A stretch of 64,000 bases of DNA from Podarcis gaigeae (lineage: Eukaryota): the NCBI GenBank assembly GCA_964106915.2, contig OZ066923.1, one strand, 5' to 3'. Below the pieces are notes generated by a model that ran no database searches, was not told where the DNA came from, and saw nothing but the letters and a program-made list of their open reading frames with translations. The position numbers and the translations under genes are program-made. Positions 13,318-26,594 of the stretch are shown one piece after another. Numbering within the stretch: the first letter of the stretch is position 1; the number at the start of each line of letters is the position of its first letter.

Positions 13318-13720
13318 TATCTTTCTGCAGACATCCACAGAACTTTTATTTTGCATGATAGCCAGCCACTATATGTGGTTGTCCTGGTGCCTGTCAAACA
13401 TCAGCAGAGGCTTGTGGAAAGGGAGAGGCATTTTATGTGGCCATCATGCTAAACTCCTACAGAAGGCATATGCAGCTTTTTACTGCTTTTTGCAAAAGCT
13501 CACCACAAACACTCCTGCTTTCCACTATGTTTCTGCAGTTCATGGGTGGTGAAGGCAGAGGTGATCTTTGTTAAAGGAGTGAATTGAACCTTTGATCTTG
13601 CCACCTAATCCCTTACATTTTGTATTTTTCTTTAATAAGGTTACAATAAGCAACTTTTTAGCTTTAGCACCTCCATGTTAGAATACTTGTCAGTGGCTTG
13701 GTTAGCATATCACATTAAAC

Positions 13721-13836
13721 CAGTGTTTCCCAATTGGACTACAATTCCCATCATTCTTGACCACTGGTCTTGCTATGTAGGGATGATGGGAGTTGTAGTC
13801 CAAAAACAGCTGAAGACCCAAGTTTGGGAAACACTC
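13721..13836. mobile_element. Palindromic hAT-type MITE
   Basis: TIR CAGTGTTTCCCAA/TTGGGAAACACT; 8-bp TSD CATTAAAC/CATTAAAT. Confidence 0.85.
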
Positions 13837-14319
13837 CATTAAATCATGGTTGGATGCTTTCCTTAAGGAAAATGCTATTCAAAGTATTTTGAAGACAGAT
13901 GAATTCTGTTGGCTATATACGCTTGCACATCTTAAATTGTAGATGGTTAAAGTTTTTTGTGCTGGATTTTTTAATCAGGCTTGGTACTAATGTTGGTTTT
14001 GTGTTGACTGCTACCTGAAAGGTGCTTCAATGACCATAAAGTCTAAATTGGCAGTTTGGTCAATAGTACACACACCTGCTATCGGCATTCTGACTATTGA
14101 GTGACTATTAAGTGGTACCAGAAATACATTATTAAAAACAATGGGTTTTTCCTTGTTAGCAAATTTATTCATACTTCATCTACTGACAAGTTCATGACCA
14201 ACTATGATTGCTTTAATTGGGTTAACTGCCGTATACTATACATTTGAGAAAGCCGAATCAGACATTTGGCCATATGTACATTTAAAATACTCAGGTTTCC
14301 ACATGCCAGTTTAAAGCTT

Positions 14320-14484
14320 ACCACTCCAGGCTCAGAGACAATATACCTCTGCATACCAGTTGCTGAGAACACAGTGGGGGAAAAATACTATTGCACTTGG
14401 GTTCTGCTTGTGGATTTCCCATAGGCATCTGGTTGGCCACTGTGAGAACAGGTTGCTGGACCAGATGGGCCTTTGGCTTAGTCC
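14320..14484 (+). mobile_element. CR1-type LINE 3' UTR fragment
   Basis: ggccactgtgagaacagg..gctggaccagatgggcc motif; reverse homolog at 20840-21095. Confidence 0.65.
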
Positions 14485-15931
14485 GCTTACGGTAATAGTC
14501 AGAATTTCTACAAACGTACATGTATCAGTTATCATTTCTATCTCAACGTTCTCATGTATAGAAAGGAATGCCTCTGTATTGTATTTCTTGTACAGTATTT
14601 ATAGATGATTGTAGTTAAGTTGTATACAACATGTTTAAATAGAATCAAGATGGCGCTGTTACTTTCCTTGCAATTGTAATTTTTGTTTGTTTAAGAATGC
14701 TGTTTATGTTACGCATTCGTTCTTTAAAATCTGCAGATTAATTGGAGGTACCTTTTAAATTTAATTGAACAACTATTTAAGGTTGTAGTACAATTTATAC
14801 TGATTTGAGGTGATATGTTTGTCTCTGACATCAGGGCCACTTAACACCTGCGAATCCTTTCATAACTCTTTTGTCTCTGACTTGCAGCTTAGTGTGTGAA
14901 TTACTTTTATTGAAAAATAGTGTTTGAGGTGATAAAGGAACACTTCAGCATGCATTGCTTGATGTTGCAGTAATAGTAATGTACATGCATGTGTTGCTTG
15001 CCCTTAATTTCTTTCAGTCTTTAAAATGGCTTTTCTAAAATCAGACTAGTGTAGTCTGAGGAAAGAGCGTAGAATACCTGGGTAGGTATCAAATCCTGCT
15101 CCAGTGTATTATCGTAGCACACCTGTGAGTGATTTAAAACCTCTGGTCGAATCCTTATGCACTTTGTTTGAATCTTGGTTGAATAGCAACTTTTTGGGGT
15201 ACAGGATGTGGCTTCTGTAAGAAAGGGAACTAGAAAAGTGTGTGTATTTGCAGCCGTAGCTCAAAGCTCATCAGTAGTAGTAGGTACTTGAAAAGGGTTT
15301 CTTTGATTATACACCCTGTTGAAGCAGAAGAGAAATTTAATTTTGGTTTAAACTGGATGGCTGTACCTTAGGGGTAGAAGTTTTCCTCTTGTCAGTACAA
15401 ACATTTAAATAATTTGGGCTCTTTTTGACTCAAAAAGCTGTAGTTTAGAAGTGGTTTGGAGAAAGGAAAACTACCTTTCATGTTGAATGGATAAATTAAA
15501 GCATTATGGAATGTTTCTGTGTTTGAGAGGCTGGTTATCTTTATAAACTTTGGGTAGGAGACAAGTATTTTAATTGAAGGCTGCTTCCCTTTTAAAAGCA
15601 AGCAATCCCCTTCCTCTTTGTAGCACAAAGCACTCCCACCCCCCATTGCTATGCCCAGTGTATCACTAGTTCCCTCTGCCCCTTTCATTCCTACTTTCCT
15701 CAATGCTACAATAGATGGGTAGCCTTGTAAATTGGTCAAATATTGCCTATTGTGTTAGAGTGTTTTTAATAAGTTATGTCATAAAGCAAAATGATTTTTC
15801 TAGCTGGAGATCTGCACCTTGTAGTGGCATAATGTGATGGAAAAGATAGGTGTAAAACCTGCCTGCTGACCAATTCAAGAGGAGTCTTGTGTTACATGCA
15901 TTACTTAGGTGTAGGTGATCCTTTCCCTGTA

Positions 15932-16251
15932 CAGTAGCACCTTGGCTTACATTACCCTTGGTAACGTAAAATTTGGGTTGCGAAAGCGGCAAACCCGGGG
16001 ATGAAGAAAAGATGGCTACTATAAGATGTTAAATTTTATGTCTGTTCTTTTTTCTGTCTATTATCTGTTTATTCTGTCTTTTATCTACTGTATTAACAAA
16101 ATTTTTAATAATTTTTTAAAAAAAGAAAGCGGCAAACCCGGAAGTGTTTCGCCGTGCGTCCATGCACAGAAGCGGTCCCTCCAGTTGCGGAAACCTCGGG
16201 ATCCAACTGGAACTCTGGAACGAATCCCGTCTGCAACCGGAGGTACCACTG
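15932..16251. mobile_element. pogo/Tigger-like MITE interrupted by a retroinsertion
   Basis: TA|CAGTAGCACCTTGG...CGGAGGTACCACTG|TA. Confidence 0.85.
15999..16124 (+). mobile_element. 5'-truncated retroposed fragment (L1-like 3' end) with 17-bp TSD
   Basis: GAAAGCGGCAAACCCGG at 15982-15998 and 16125-16141 flanking an AT-rich insert ending in an A tail. Confidence 0.8.
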
Positions 16252-16309
16252 TACTAGGTCGATAAACATGTTTAAAAGCCAACATTTTTTTTTAATGGCT
16301 GTTAAGTTT

Positions 16310-16655
16310 GCGGGTGGCGCTGTGGGTTAAACCACAGAGCCTAGGACTTGCTGATCAGAAGGTCGGCGGTTCAAATTCCCGTGACGGGGTGAGCTCCCGT
16401 TGCTCGGACCCAGCTCCTGCCAGCTAGCAGTTCGAAAGCACATCAAAGTGCAAGTAGTTAAATAGGTACCGCTCCAGCAGGAAGGTAAACGGCGTTTCCA
16501 TGCGCTGCTCTGATTTGCCAGAAGTGGCTTAGTCATGCTGGCCACATGACCTGGAAACTGTACGCTGGCTCCCTTGGCCAATAAAGCAAGATGAGCGCCG
16601 CAACCGCAGAGTTGGCCACGACTGGACCTAATGGTCAGGGGTCCCTTTACCTTTA
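16310..16655 (+). mobile_element. Sauria SINE
   Basis: gcgggtggcgctgtgggttaaacc (A box), ggttcaaattcc (B box), CCTTTACCTTTA tail. Confidence 0.92.
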
Positions 16656-17430
16656 AATTTGCTCCGAGGCCCTTAGAATAAGAAATGTGATGTGTTTATT
16701 TCATTTTAAACAAAACTCCTTGTCTGTGTATCACTGATAGCTGCAAATAGTTAATATCACAGCTAACCTGGGCTCATAGCGTGTCTTGTAGTTCTAAAGT
16801 GGTGCTTTAAATTCTTGACCATTATTCGATAGTTATGTAATGGTCAAATGACTAACCTGAACTTAAGGCCTTCTGTCTTGAAGCTCACTGCCCACTGAAC
16901 CTCCTTGCTGTAGTTCCAGTGTTCGTCACACTGGTTTCCAGCCTTAAAACTACCTGCTCTGCACACCTGTCTCTGCCTCTACTGCCAACAGCATGCATGT
17001 CTCTGGTCTGTAGGCCTAGTGTGAAATCTTTCTCTCAAGTGTAACTATATCTTTCCATATGGAAACTGCACTGTTCATGAACACTTTTCTCCTGGCAAGT
17101 TTTTCCTAAGCTTCTGGATGTTTGCAAACATTCCAGGTCATCACAGTACTCCTTTAATAGTCGGGAAGGGGTAATGGACAGCAACTGGTTTTAGTATATT
17201 ATGGCTGTGTTTTAGAACCTGCTTCAGTAGTACAAATAGTGCTTAAATCAATATAGTAATTGCAATCTTAGGAAATGGAGACAAATGATGCCATCTAGTG
17301 AGACCTCATGTTTTCAGCTGAAGTCAGTAACTAGACTGTTTAATACTGGTATTCTGGCATCAAACAACATTCATTCCTACAAACTTGCTTGTTGCAGGCA
17401 AATCTGCTTTTAGTAACTTTAATATTTAGG

Positions 17431-17432
<2 letters not shown>

Positions 17433-17504
<72 letters not shown>
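17433..17504. repeat. Compound (GT)n(GA)n microsatellite
   Basis: Direct reading. Confidence 0.95.
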
Positions 17505-17507
<3 letters not shown>

Positions 17508-17669
17508 CTCAAATGTAGAAGCACTTTTGAATGTAATCTTCAGATTATTAAACAGTGGAACTTTTTAAACTTTTGTACATGCATCAATGATGTTGCTAAG
17601 TTAATGCAAGAATTTTTTCCTTCTGATACTTAAGTAGGTGGGGAAACTGATTTATACATGCCTCACTGT

Positions 17670-18049
17670 GCGGGTGACGCTGTGGTCTAAACAACTGAGC
17701 CTCTTGGCCTTGCTGATCAGAAGGTTGGCAGTTCGAATTTTCACAACAGGGTGAGCTCCTGTTGCTCTGTTCCAGCTTCTGTGAACCTAGCTGTTCGAAA
17801 GTCTACCAGTGCAAGTAGATAAATAAGTACCGCTATGGCGGGAAGGTAAATGGTTTTCCATGCACTCTGGCACTCATCACGATGTCCCGTTGCACCAGAA
17901 GCGGTTTAGTCGTGTTAGCCACATGACCTGGAAAGCTGTCTGCAGACAAACACCAGCTCTCTCGGCCTGAAGCGAGATGAGCACTGTACCCCATGGTTGC
18001 CTTTGACTAAACTTAACCGTCCAGGGGTCATTTACCTTATTATACCTTA
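17670..18049 (+). mobile_element. Sauria SINE (older subfamily)
   Basis: Homologous to the 16310 copy; degenerate ACCTT tail. Confidence 0.9.
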
Positions 18050-18469
18050 TAATAGGATATTTGCACAGGAGTCTTTAGCTTTATTTCAGTCTTGACATTT
18101 TTTTCACTCAGAAACTGAAATATTTTGGTTGGTTTTTTGCTAGTTCTGTATACAGGTATAATTAGAATCACAGGAACCCGTGTATTCAAAATACTTGCAC
18201 ATAAGTTGGTAGCTGGCTGCAGTTCTTCATACCCCCTTGAATACTACTGTGAAGATTTTCCTGGTCTTGTGTGTGGCTTTGAGGGAATGTAGGGCAGCCT
18301 TCCCCAAACTGGTGACCTTCAGATGTTTTGGATTATAGCCCCCATCAGTCCCAGAGGAAAAACCCTGAATTGCACATAATTGTGTTGACTTTTTGCTTAA
18401 AGTTAGTGAAACATTTTAAAATGCAGCCTTTGAGGATCACTGCCTCTACATTGCTGAAGTTTCATAGTA

Positions 18470-18694
18470 CAGTGGTACCTCGGGTTACATACGCTTCAGG
18501 TTACAGACTCTGCTGACTCAGAAATAGTGCTTCAGGTTAAGAACTTTGCTTCAGGATGAGAATAGAAATTGGGCTCCGGCAGCGCGGCAGCACCCGGAGG
18601 CCCCATTAGCTAAAGTGGTCTTCAGGTTAAGAACAGTTTCAGGTTAAGTACAGACCTCTGGAACGAATTAAGTACTTAACCTGAGGTACCACTG
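18470..18694. mobile_element. pogo/Tigger-like MITE
   Basis: TA|CAGTGGTACCTCGGG...CTGAGGTACCACTG|TA. Confidence 0.9.
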
Positions 18695-19845
18695 TAGTAT
18701 GAAGGGATAGAAAATAAGCAAAGAAATGAGAAATGGATTAGTACTCTCTGGTGGTGGTTACTGATCCACACGTAAAGATGTAGAATACTTCTGATATCAC
18801 ACATCCTAAGTATCTAGCTGGGAAACAAGCCCTAGCAATATTTATCTATGAGGGTTTTTTGGGGGGGGGTTATGTCTGTAAATTAAGCACAGGGGCCCAG
18901 TCCCAAGCACATCTGCCTTTCCTGAAGGAAAGATGAAGTGGGGAGAATGCATTGCTGGGCATTGATCATAAGTGTCTTTAGGCAGGGACTGACTTTGTGG
19001 TTTGGACCTGTATCACCAAAGCTGTTGGGGTACCTGCCAAACTAACTCCAGCATTTCATGTTTTGTAATTAATAGGTGGTTGTTTAGTTTTTATTCAGTT
19101 CTGCGACTTCGGTGCTGAGACTGAGGCTTTCTTCTCTCATTGTGCTCACCAGTCAGCAGAGTCACACTCACCTTGCTGAATGTGGCAAGCAGTTTTGTTG
19201 ATGCCTTTCTTAAGGATTCATATTTTGAAAGCTTTCAAAAACATCAGTGGAACCTGTGAAACGTTAAGCTTTCGAATTCATGGCATGTGCTCATTTCACA
19301 TGACAGATACGTTGGTGTCCTTCAGTTTTATTATGAATTGAAATATATTGTACAACAAGTAACAACAGTTCCCATACAAATTAAAACAAACAAACGTAGT
19401 GTTAAACATCCGTTATAAGAAATCTGCTTAAAAGTTTCTGTCAAGTAAACAGTGTGTGTGTGTGTGTGTGTGTGTGTATGTATTATAAAAGTCATTTCGT
19501 TACCCCAACCTTTATTTTCAAAAATATACTATACTGACTGATCCTTCAGTTTCCTAGCATTTACAGTGTATTTCAACTTAAATGCTGTATGATTGAAAAA
19601 CACAGATAACTGGTTGTATGGTTTAAGCCCAAATACAACATTTAAAATGTTTTAAGACTTTCTTGCTCATTCTTTTAAGGCATTTAATGGGGTTTTCACA
19701 AACCATTGTTCTAATTTATCTATATGGTGGCTTTGATTTTTTATTACCAGTCTTTGATCCATATTAGACAATATCTTCTTAAATAGTGCAAAGCATGGTT
19801 ATGTTTAAAAAAACCATAGAAATGCCCTATTCTGTTCTGCTAATT

Positions 19846-20180
19846 CAGAGGTGTGGAATCTTTTTCGCCTGGTGGGCCAGATCTTTTTCTCATCTCACAC
19901 TGTGGGCCAGATTTGCAAAGTGTGTGGGGTCACCCTAACTGAGCAGAATTCAACCTCCTTTGTGAGCTGATGAGCAGGGGTTAAATCATGTAGTGTGTTT
20001 GCCAGTTCTCTGTAGGGAACATGTGCAACAAGCACAGAAATGAACTTCCTTCCCACATTTCAGCCCATGCAATTTATGTCAGTGGATTGACAGATGGGTG
20101 GGGGTTTTTTTTGGTGGGGGGGAATAGTCTGTAGGGGCTGCAAGACCTGAGGCCTGCAGCCTGGAAATTCTCCACTGCTG
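19846..20180. mobile_element. Degenerate hAT-type MITE
   Basis: CAGAGGTGTGGAATC...ATTCTCCACTGCTG imperfect termini with gggccagat subterminal repeats. Confidence 0.5.
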
Positions 20181-20839
20181 CATTAGTTGTTGTTAACCTT
20201 CTGTTTGCTTTCTTTGGTATAGCAAATGTAATTAATTACTTATAGTTCCCAAGTAAATAAAAAAGTTCTATCAACTATTTTATTGAAATATAAGAGGTTA
20301 ACAGGATATAAGGAGCTCACAATAAGATTTAATAAAAATTGTTACCAATGTCTTGATTTAAAAATAATTAATAATGATAAATTAATCTAAGGTGGTACAT
20401 CATAGAATCGTCTATCATAAAATCTACTTGTGTTATTAGTTATATTAACTTCCCACAGAAGTAATAAGAGATATCTCTAGATCCGTTTCTAAAAAGAGAA
20501 AAGCCTATGTAATCTCTTTCAATACCCTGATTTTACTTGAGAGCAAGTAACACTCTTCAGGGTTGTGGGGAGAGTACTTCCTCTTATCCACCATTTCTCA
20601 GAAACCAATGTATTCCAATTAAATCTTGCATTGATGCAATCTCAGAAAGTGGAGAAGAAAAACACCAATAACAAAACAGAACAAGGCAATCCAGGAAAAT
20701 GCAGGTGTTCAACTGGTGGTGAACATTTAACCCATGATCAAGGTGTGTGGGAGATTGTTTTGAAGAGGTGTTGGGAAGGACCATGCAATCCTATTCCTAT
20801 AGGCTGTTTCTCAGACCTTTACCAAAATGCCTACCATTA

Positions 20840-21095
20840 AAGACATAAGAACCCAAACCAAAACCTCATCTGGTTCAACATCTTATTCTCACAGTGGTCA
20901 GCTAGATGCCTATGGCAAGTCCATAAGCAGGACATGAGCATCACAACATTCTCACAGCAGCTGTTAGTTAGACAATTGCCACCTCTTGATACGGGAGATA
21001 CTTGATACACAGCTATCATGGATAGTAGCTCTTGATAGCCTTATGATCCAAGAATTTTTTTAATCTGCTTTTTAAAGCCAACCAAGCCAGCGGCT
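20840..21095 (-). mobile_element. CR1-type LINE 3' fragment
   Basis: cataagaac tail, ttctcacagtggtc..agatgcctatgg; reverse homolog of 14320-14484. Confidence 0.6.
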
Positions 21096-22954
21096 GCCAC
21101 TCCATATTATATGTTTTTGTAGCTCTTCCAGTTTGGTCAGGGTACATGAAAATCATGTGTCCTCCAACAAAGTGGAAACAAAGCTGAATTTGAATTTTCT
21201 TGCCTCCAGTGTGTTCAGAACTGTTTACTGTGTCTTAAAATTGGTAGAAATAAATATATTTTTATCACAGCTAGAAAGCTTTCATAAGCCCTCTGTAATA
21301 CTTGTTTTGGGGTGGTATTTAAAAGGGTGATACAAAATGGCTGTGTTTATTACATATTTTCAACAGCAATTTTGTTGAACTCAGCGTTCACAGTTAGAAC
21401 TTGCTAGGACACCTGTTCAATGCTTGGTTTCCTTCTTTGTCCTAGTTGCGAATACGACACTACAGCTCATCCTGTTTTTAAGCTCCTTAAAAGCCAGACT
21501 AGTTACTATACAGAATTCCATGTTGCTGTCTTCTGTTATCACTTAATCAAAATTAGCCTCTGCAGACTGCCGCTTGAGTGTGGGAAAGGTGGATGAAGAG
21601 AGAGGAAAGAGTTAAATAGTCTCTCTAGCCTTGGCAGTCTGAGCAGAGAAAGGCAAGAGGATGGGGTGTTGGGGGGGGCTTTTTTTTAAAAAAAGTGGGA
21701 CTTTGTAGAGGAAATCTACATAGAACAACATGCAACATCTCACTCTAATCCTACCATTAGTTGCCTATAGAAAAAGTCTCTTGCTGTGATAAAATATAAT
21801 GTTATTTTATCTTGAGGTTATGTTTAAATCTGGTACAAACAACACACTTGTATACATGAATTTACTGGCTGCTGTTACCACTTGAAAATATTGTTTAGCT
21901 TGGTAGGAAAAAAATAGGAAGTCCCCAACACAGAAGTTTTAAGATGTACTGTAGTGTAAAATTTCATTATATAATACAAAATTTCGTTTTGTTCTATAAA
22001 ATTCTATAGAATTGATAGAAATAAGACACTTATCTGAGCTCTTTACATTTTCCATGGTCAGAATTTTACTTATCAACCTGTTGGTGTCACATTGGACACA
22101 CATCCATAGGTGGATCCTGATTACATCAGTAGCTGTGTATTACTGTGAAGGGTAAAACAAGGCCAACTTTAGCTCTAGTTCAGAGGTCACCTGTTCATAG
22201 TGAGCACTTAAAATATTTCTTGGAAATTAATTACTAGATTCTTAAATGCTATTATTCTTTCATGCTTCATCGGTTTACAGATGTTGCCTTTCTGTCTCTG
22301 ACTCTTTTGTGAGTTTAGAACAGTGGTTCCCAACATTTTTTTTCTGTGAACCACTTGGAAACTTGCTGAGGGTCTTGGCAGGCCACAATGGGTTTTTCTA
22401 CCAGCTGCAACAGTTGTAATTCATTGTGTCAGATGCTGTATGATTTTTAATTGTCTTTTAATTGCTTGTTTATTTATTTATTTATTTATTTATTTTGTTG
22501 TAATACAGTTTTCATGGAATTTAATTATACAATATACAAGTATTGAAAGAAGCAATAGAACACAATTGTAATCAATGCAAATATTTAATTCAAGGGATGC
22601 ATATGGAACAGAAATGGGTGGAATTTATTGAAGAATTTGTGTGTAGATGGGATTGGTTGCAAAAGGCAAGACATCTGTGAAGTGGGTGGGAAAGGACTGA
22701 AAAGATTTCTACTCAAAGCACTCCAGATGTAATCTGTGTTATCTGCAAAAATCCCTTTAAACTTATTATTTTCCCCTGCCGCTTTCCCCTTCTAAACATA
22801 ATTGCAACTTGGCTCTCTTTCTCCCTACATCTCATCCTGTAGCAGTTCCCATGCCCCACTGAGATCAGTGGTAGATATGCATAGGGTTACAGCCTTAGAA
22901 GCTTGATCTCATGCACTTTTATTTAAAAGTAAGCCTTACTCTTCTGTGGCAATT

Positions 22955-23150
22955 ATAATCTGAGGCCTTTCTTTGTGTGCCGTTTCCATGTGAGGTCTGG
23001 AGGGAGGCAACATGAAAACTGCCTCCCCCCCCCCCCAGTGGTTCCCCATTTGTGTAATGCTCTCTCCAGCGATGTTCATCTGGCACCATCATTATATATT
23101 TTTAGGCACCAGACGAAAACATCCCTCTTCAACCAGGCCTTTGGCTGATT
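22955..23150 (+). mobile_element. L2 3'-end fragment
   Basis: Resembles the ORF2 terminus of the L2 at 81-250 (cagtggttccccatttgtgtaatgctctc...aaaacatccctcttcaaccaggcctttggctga). Confidence 0.6.
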
Positions 23151-25162
23151 AATATTCTGTGACTGCCACATCCTTGGTGCACAGGCACATACTCCAGAAG
23201 AGGGAGTAGGTGGAAAGGGCTACCGGAACTGATGTCAGTTGCTACTGCAACTAGAGTTGGAGGACTGGGTAAAATATGTTGCTACCTCTCCTCTGCTCTC
23301 ATCCAGTAACCTTCCACACTTTGAAAATGAAATCAGTTTAGAAGGAAGGGTGAATGTGAGAGAAGGGGAATGTGAATTGTTCCACTAGCCACAGAAGAAT
23401 TGGGTTGCAAAACAGGTTCTGCCTCCAACAGCATGCAGTGCAAAGCCTTAGAATGACCGAGGAGCTGTTGCTCCCACAGTTCTTCTCAGTCACAAAGAGG
23501 ACCAACAGCATGAAGCTCATGGACTATAGTTTGGCAACCACCTTTTAGAACTTTTGAGTCATTTGGTTACTATAGCAACAGACATGGGGCAATTAAGATG
23601 CAGTTTACATAAAAGCGCAACCATAACAGTCCATAAAATTTCCTGGACTACCTAAAGTCAAGATGAAGCAAAACTATGTATAATATAAAACAGAGCAATG
23701 CACAGAACAGAGAAATAACAAATTAAGAGTCATGATTCACCCCATGAATTACCTGAGGGAAGGCATTTCGGAGGGTATTTCAAAGGCCTACTTCTGACTT
23801 TTCTTCATATGGCAATCTGCCGATAGTGAAAAGACTTCTCTGAAAATCTTAAAGATTGACTTGATCTGTATTGGGGGAGGTGGTCTGGCCTAATTAAAAC
23901 CAAATTTGAAATTAGTATCTTTAATTAAATTGGCAAGCTGTATAACGTAACTGGGTTTAAAGCAGGGTCAAAGCTGTAGAGAGTGGCTTCTGCAATTGCT
24001 TTGAGTTTAATTCAAAGGGGAACTTGTAACCTCAGCTTTATAGCCAAATGGGATTTTTGTAAAACTATTAACTTATGACTATTAGAAAATAAAACATGAT
24101 AAAGAAATTTATTTTCATTTTTTGTTGACTAGATCACAAACCCACTTTATTTTGACATTTCATTCTTACCAATAAGTTTAGAATTGTGTGTGTATTTGCA
24201 TGTCCCGTATATTGCTGAAATCTACCCTCAAGGGAACCTCTTGGTAGGACATAAATACCATAGAACGTGTGTGCTCCCTCTTATTGGCTTTTCAAAAGTT
24301 GATAACTAAATGTTCAGTTTCTGCTGTGGCATATATTTACAATGATATATAATAGGTAACATCAGTGAGCTTCAATTTTGGTTATGCTTTGAAAGTTAGG
24401 AGACAATATATCTAAATATATATCAGCTAAGAATATATGCTAACCAAAGCATAATAGAGAAGTTTTGTTAGTAATAAGATGAAGTGTCAGGTTGTTCAGT
24501 TTTGCCAATGATAGTATTAGGTTTCAATGGAGCCTGGGAAGTTAAAGCTGTGTGCCAGCACTTGTTCGCTTCCACATTTTTAAAGGATGAAAATTCTTTA
24601 GAAAGCTGTGTACTTTTAAGATTTATATCCACTTACTAATAGAAATCTAACCCTTCAAACCTGACTGTGTGCTCACTGTGCAACACAGTTCCCTTAAAAC
24701 AGTTGCTTTCTGCTCCCTCCCAGATGGACCTTTTTTCTTTCTGAGGATGTTCAAAACACTCAGATGACTTTGATTCTAGTTTCTAGGAGTACATGAAGTC
24801 CCATTGGCTGTTCATTTTGCTTAGCATATGTGAAAAAGTTCTATGTTCCCATCTTGTGCAAACTAATTCTGGGAAGGCAGTGTTCCTTTCTCCCCAGTTG
24901 AAATATAGACACACACAATGGCTGAGTATTCTTACATATTATCATCACAGAATTTTGCTGTTGCCAGCTCTGTCTACAGACAAAGCTATCTTGAGCATCC
25001 TTTGATGGAAAGGCAGAATACAGATCCAGCAAATAAATATATAATGTATGAGCTAAATTGTACACCTCTAGTGAGCGTGTGTTGAACTATTTGGGAATGT
25101 CATGGCTTGTACTTTTGTATTACTCTTATAGTGTATTGAGAAGGTTATTGGATGCTGTAAAA

Positions 25163-25298
25163 CAGGCTTCCTCCACCTTGGCCCTCCAGATGTTTTGAGA
25201 CTACAATTCCCATCATCCCTGACCACTGCTCCTGCTAGCTAGGGATCATGGGATTTGTAAGCCAAAAACATCTGGAGGGCCGAGGTTGAGGAAGCCTG
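25163..25298. mobile_element. Palindromic hAT-type MITE
   Basis: Long TIR CAGGCTTCCTCCACCTTGGCCCTCCAGATGTTTT / AAAACATCTGGAGGGCCGAGGTTGAGGAAGCCTG. Confidence 0.85.
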
Positions 25299-26284
25299 CT
25301 GTCGAGTCTCTTCCTCTAAAATAGTCTGAAACATTTGTCTGAACCACTTAGCTTTATTTGAATTTTAACATGTTGCCATTGACATCCTCTAAAAGCTGTT
25401 GGGTAGCTACAATTACAACTATGTGATACCTGTGCAGATGCTCCCTGTTTTAACTATATTAAGCTGTAAAGGAGCGTGCATTACTCAGTTGCTTTACAGA
25501 TGAATGACTTGAAAAGATGCCTGCACTTTGGTATGGTATAGAAATTAACTTTTGCATTTTTGTCAGTTCTTGAATAGCCATGGTAAAATTTTGATCACTT
25601 TAATGCGTTTTTGCTTATTTCAAGGCAATCAGTCAATGTACCTGAGAGTAATTGGTTGTATTTAGATGACCATATATATCTTGACTTAAATCACTGTGCC
25701 CTGGTTTTGGTTGTTCAATATTGGAGATATTATTTGCATTGTATATGCATGGACTATTTCTTGTGGGAAGGGATATATAATTGTTATATGTAGTTTTAGA
25801 AACTGGAAGATAAAGAAGTTAAACAAAAATATTTTTAATTCCAAAGCTGGTAACCATTACTTTCTGTTTCATGAAATATTGGACATTGTTTGACTGTAGT
25901 TGGTTGAACCAGCCCAAATGGTTAATCTGTCAAGTCATTTGTTTGGAATGAGTGGGAACTTGCATGATTAGCTTAATGGAGAATTATTGGATAAGTCTGC
26001 ATTAAAGTTGTATATGTTGCAACAAATATTGATTTCTGTAGGAAAGATGCATTATTAATAATTTCATACAACATATTGAATACAGGCAGGATCTGACAGC
26101 TAGAATAGAAAAATATCCAATCAAATATAAAATCAAAGTTGTAGTTAACTTAAATCAAGTAATTATTCCTCATTTATGCACATAAAATATCATGCAAGGG
26201 AAGTGTGTCCTATTTAAATGTGTTTAAAATACTTCCAAGAATCCTAATAAAAATTTCAAAGTAAAGTGAGTTTGTTTTAATGTA

Positions 26285-26594
26285 AAGGTAAAGGTTGTGC
26301 GCTCATCTCACTCTATAGGCTGGGAGCCAGCGCTGTCCGCAGACACTTCCGGGTCACGTGGCCAGCGTGACAAGCTGCATCTGGTGAACCAGTGCAGCAC
26401 ACGGAACGCCTTCCCGCTGGTAAGCGGTCCCTATTTATCTACTTGCACCCGGAGGTGCTTTCGAACTGCTAGGTTGGCAGGTGCTGGGACCGAACGACGG
26501 GAGCGCACCCCGCCGCGGGGATTCAAACTGCCGACCATGCGATCGGCAACTCCTAGGCGCTGAGGTTTTACCCACAGCGCCACCCGCGTCCCGG
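26285..26594 (-). mobile_element. Sauria SINE, short young variant
   Basis: Reverse-strand gggacgcgggtggcgctgtggg head and ACCTTT tail; 11-bp TSD GTTTTAATGTA (26274-26284, 26595-26605). Confidence 0.92.

Noticed and set aside
16310-16385. tRNA gene (A/B boxes)
   Set aside because: tRNA-derived head of a Sauria SINE; no cloverleaf
19320-20600. Possible ancient L1 ORF2 remnant on the minus strand
   Set aside because: Too degenerate to support or delimit without a profile search
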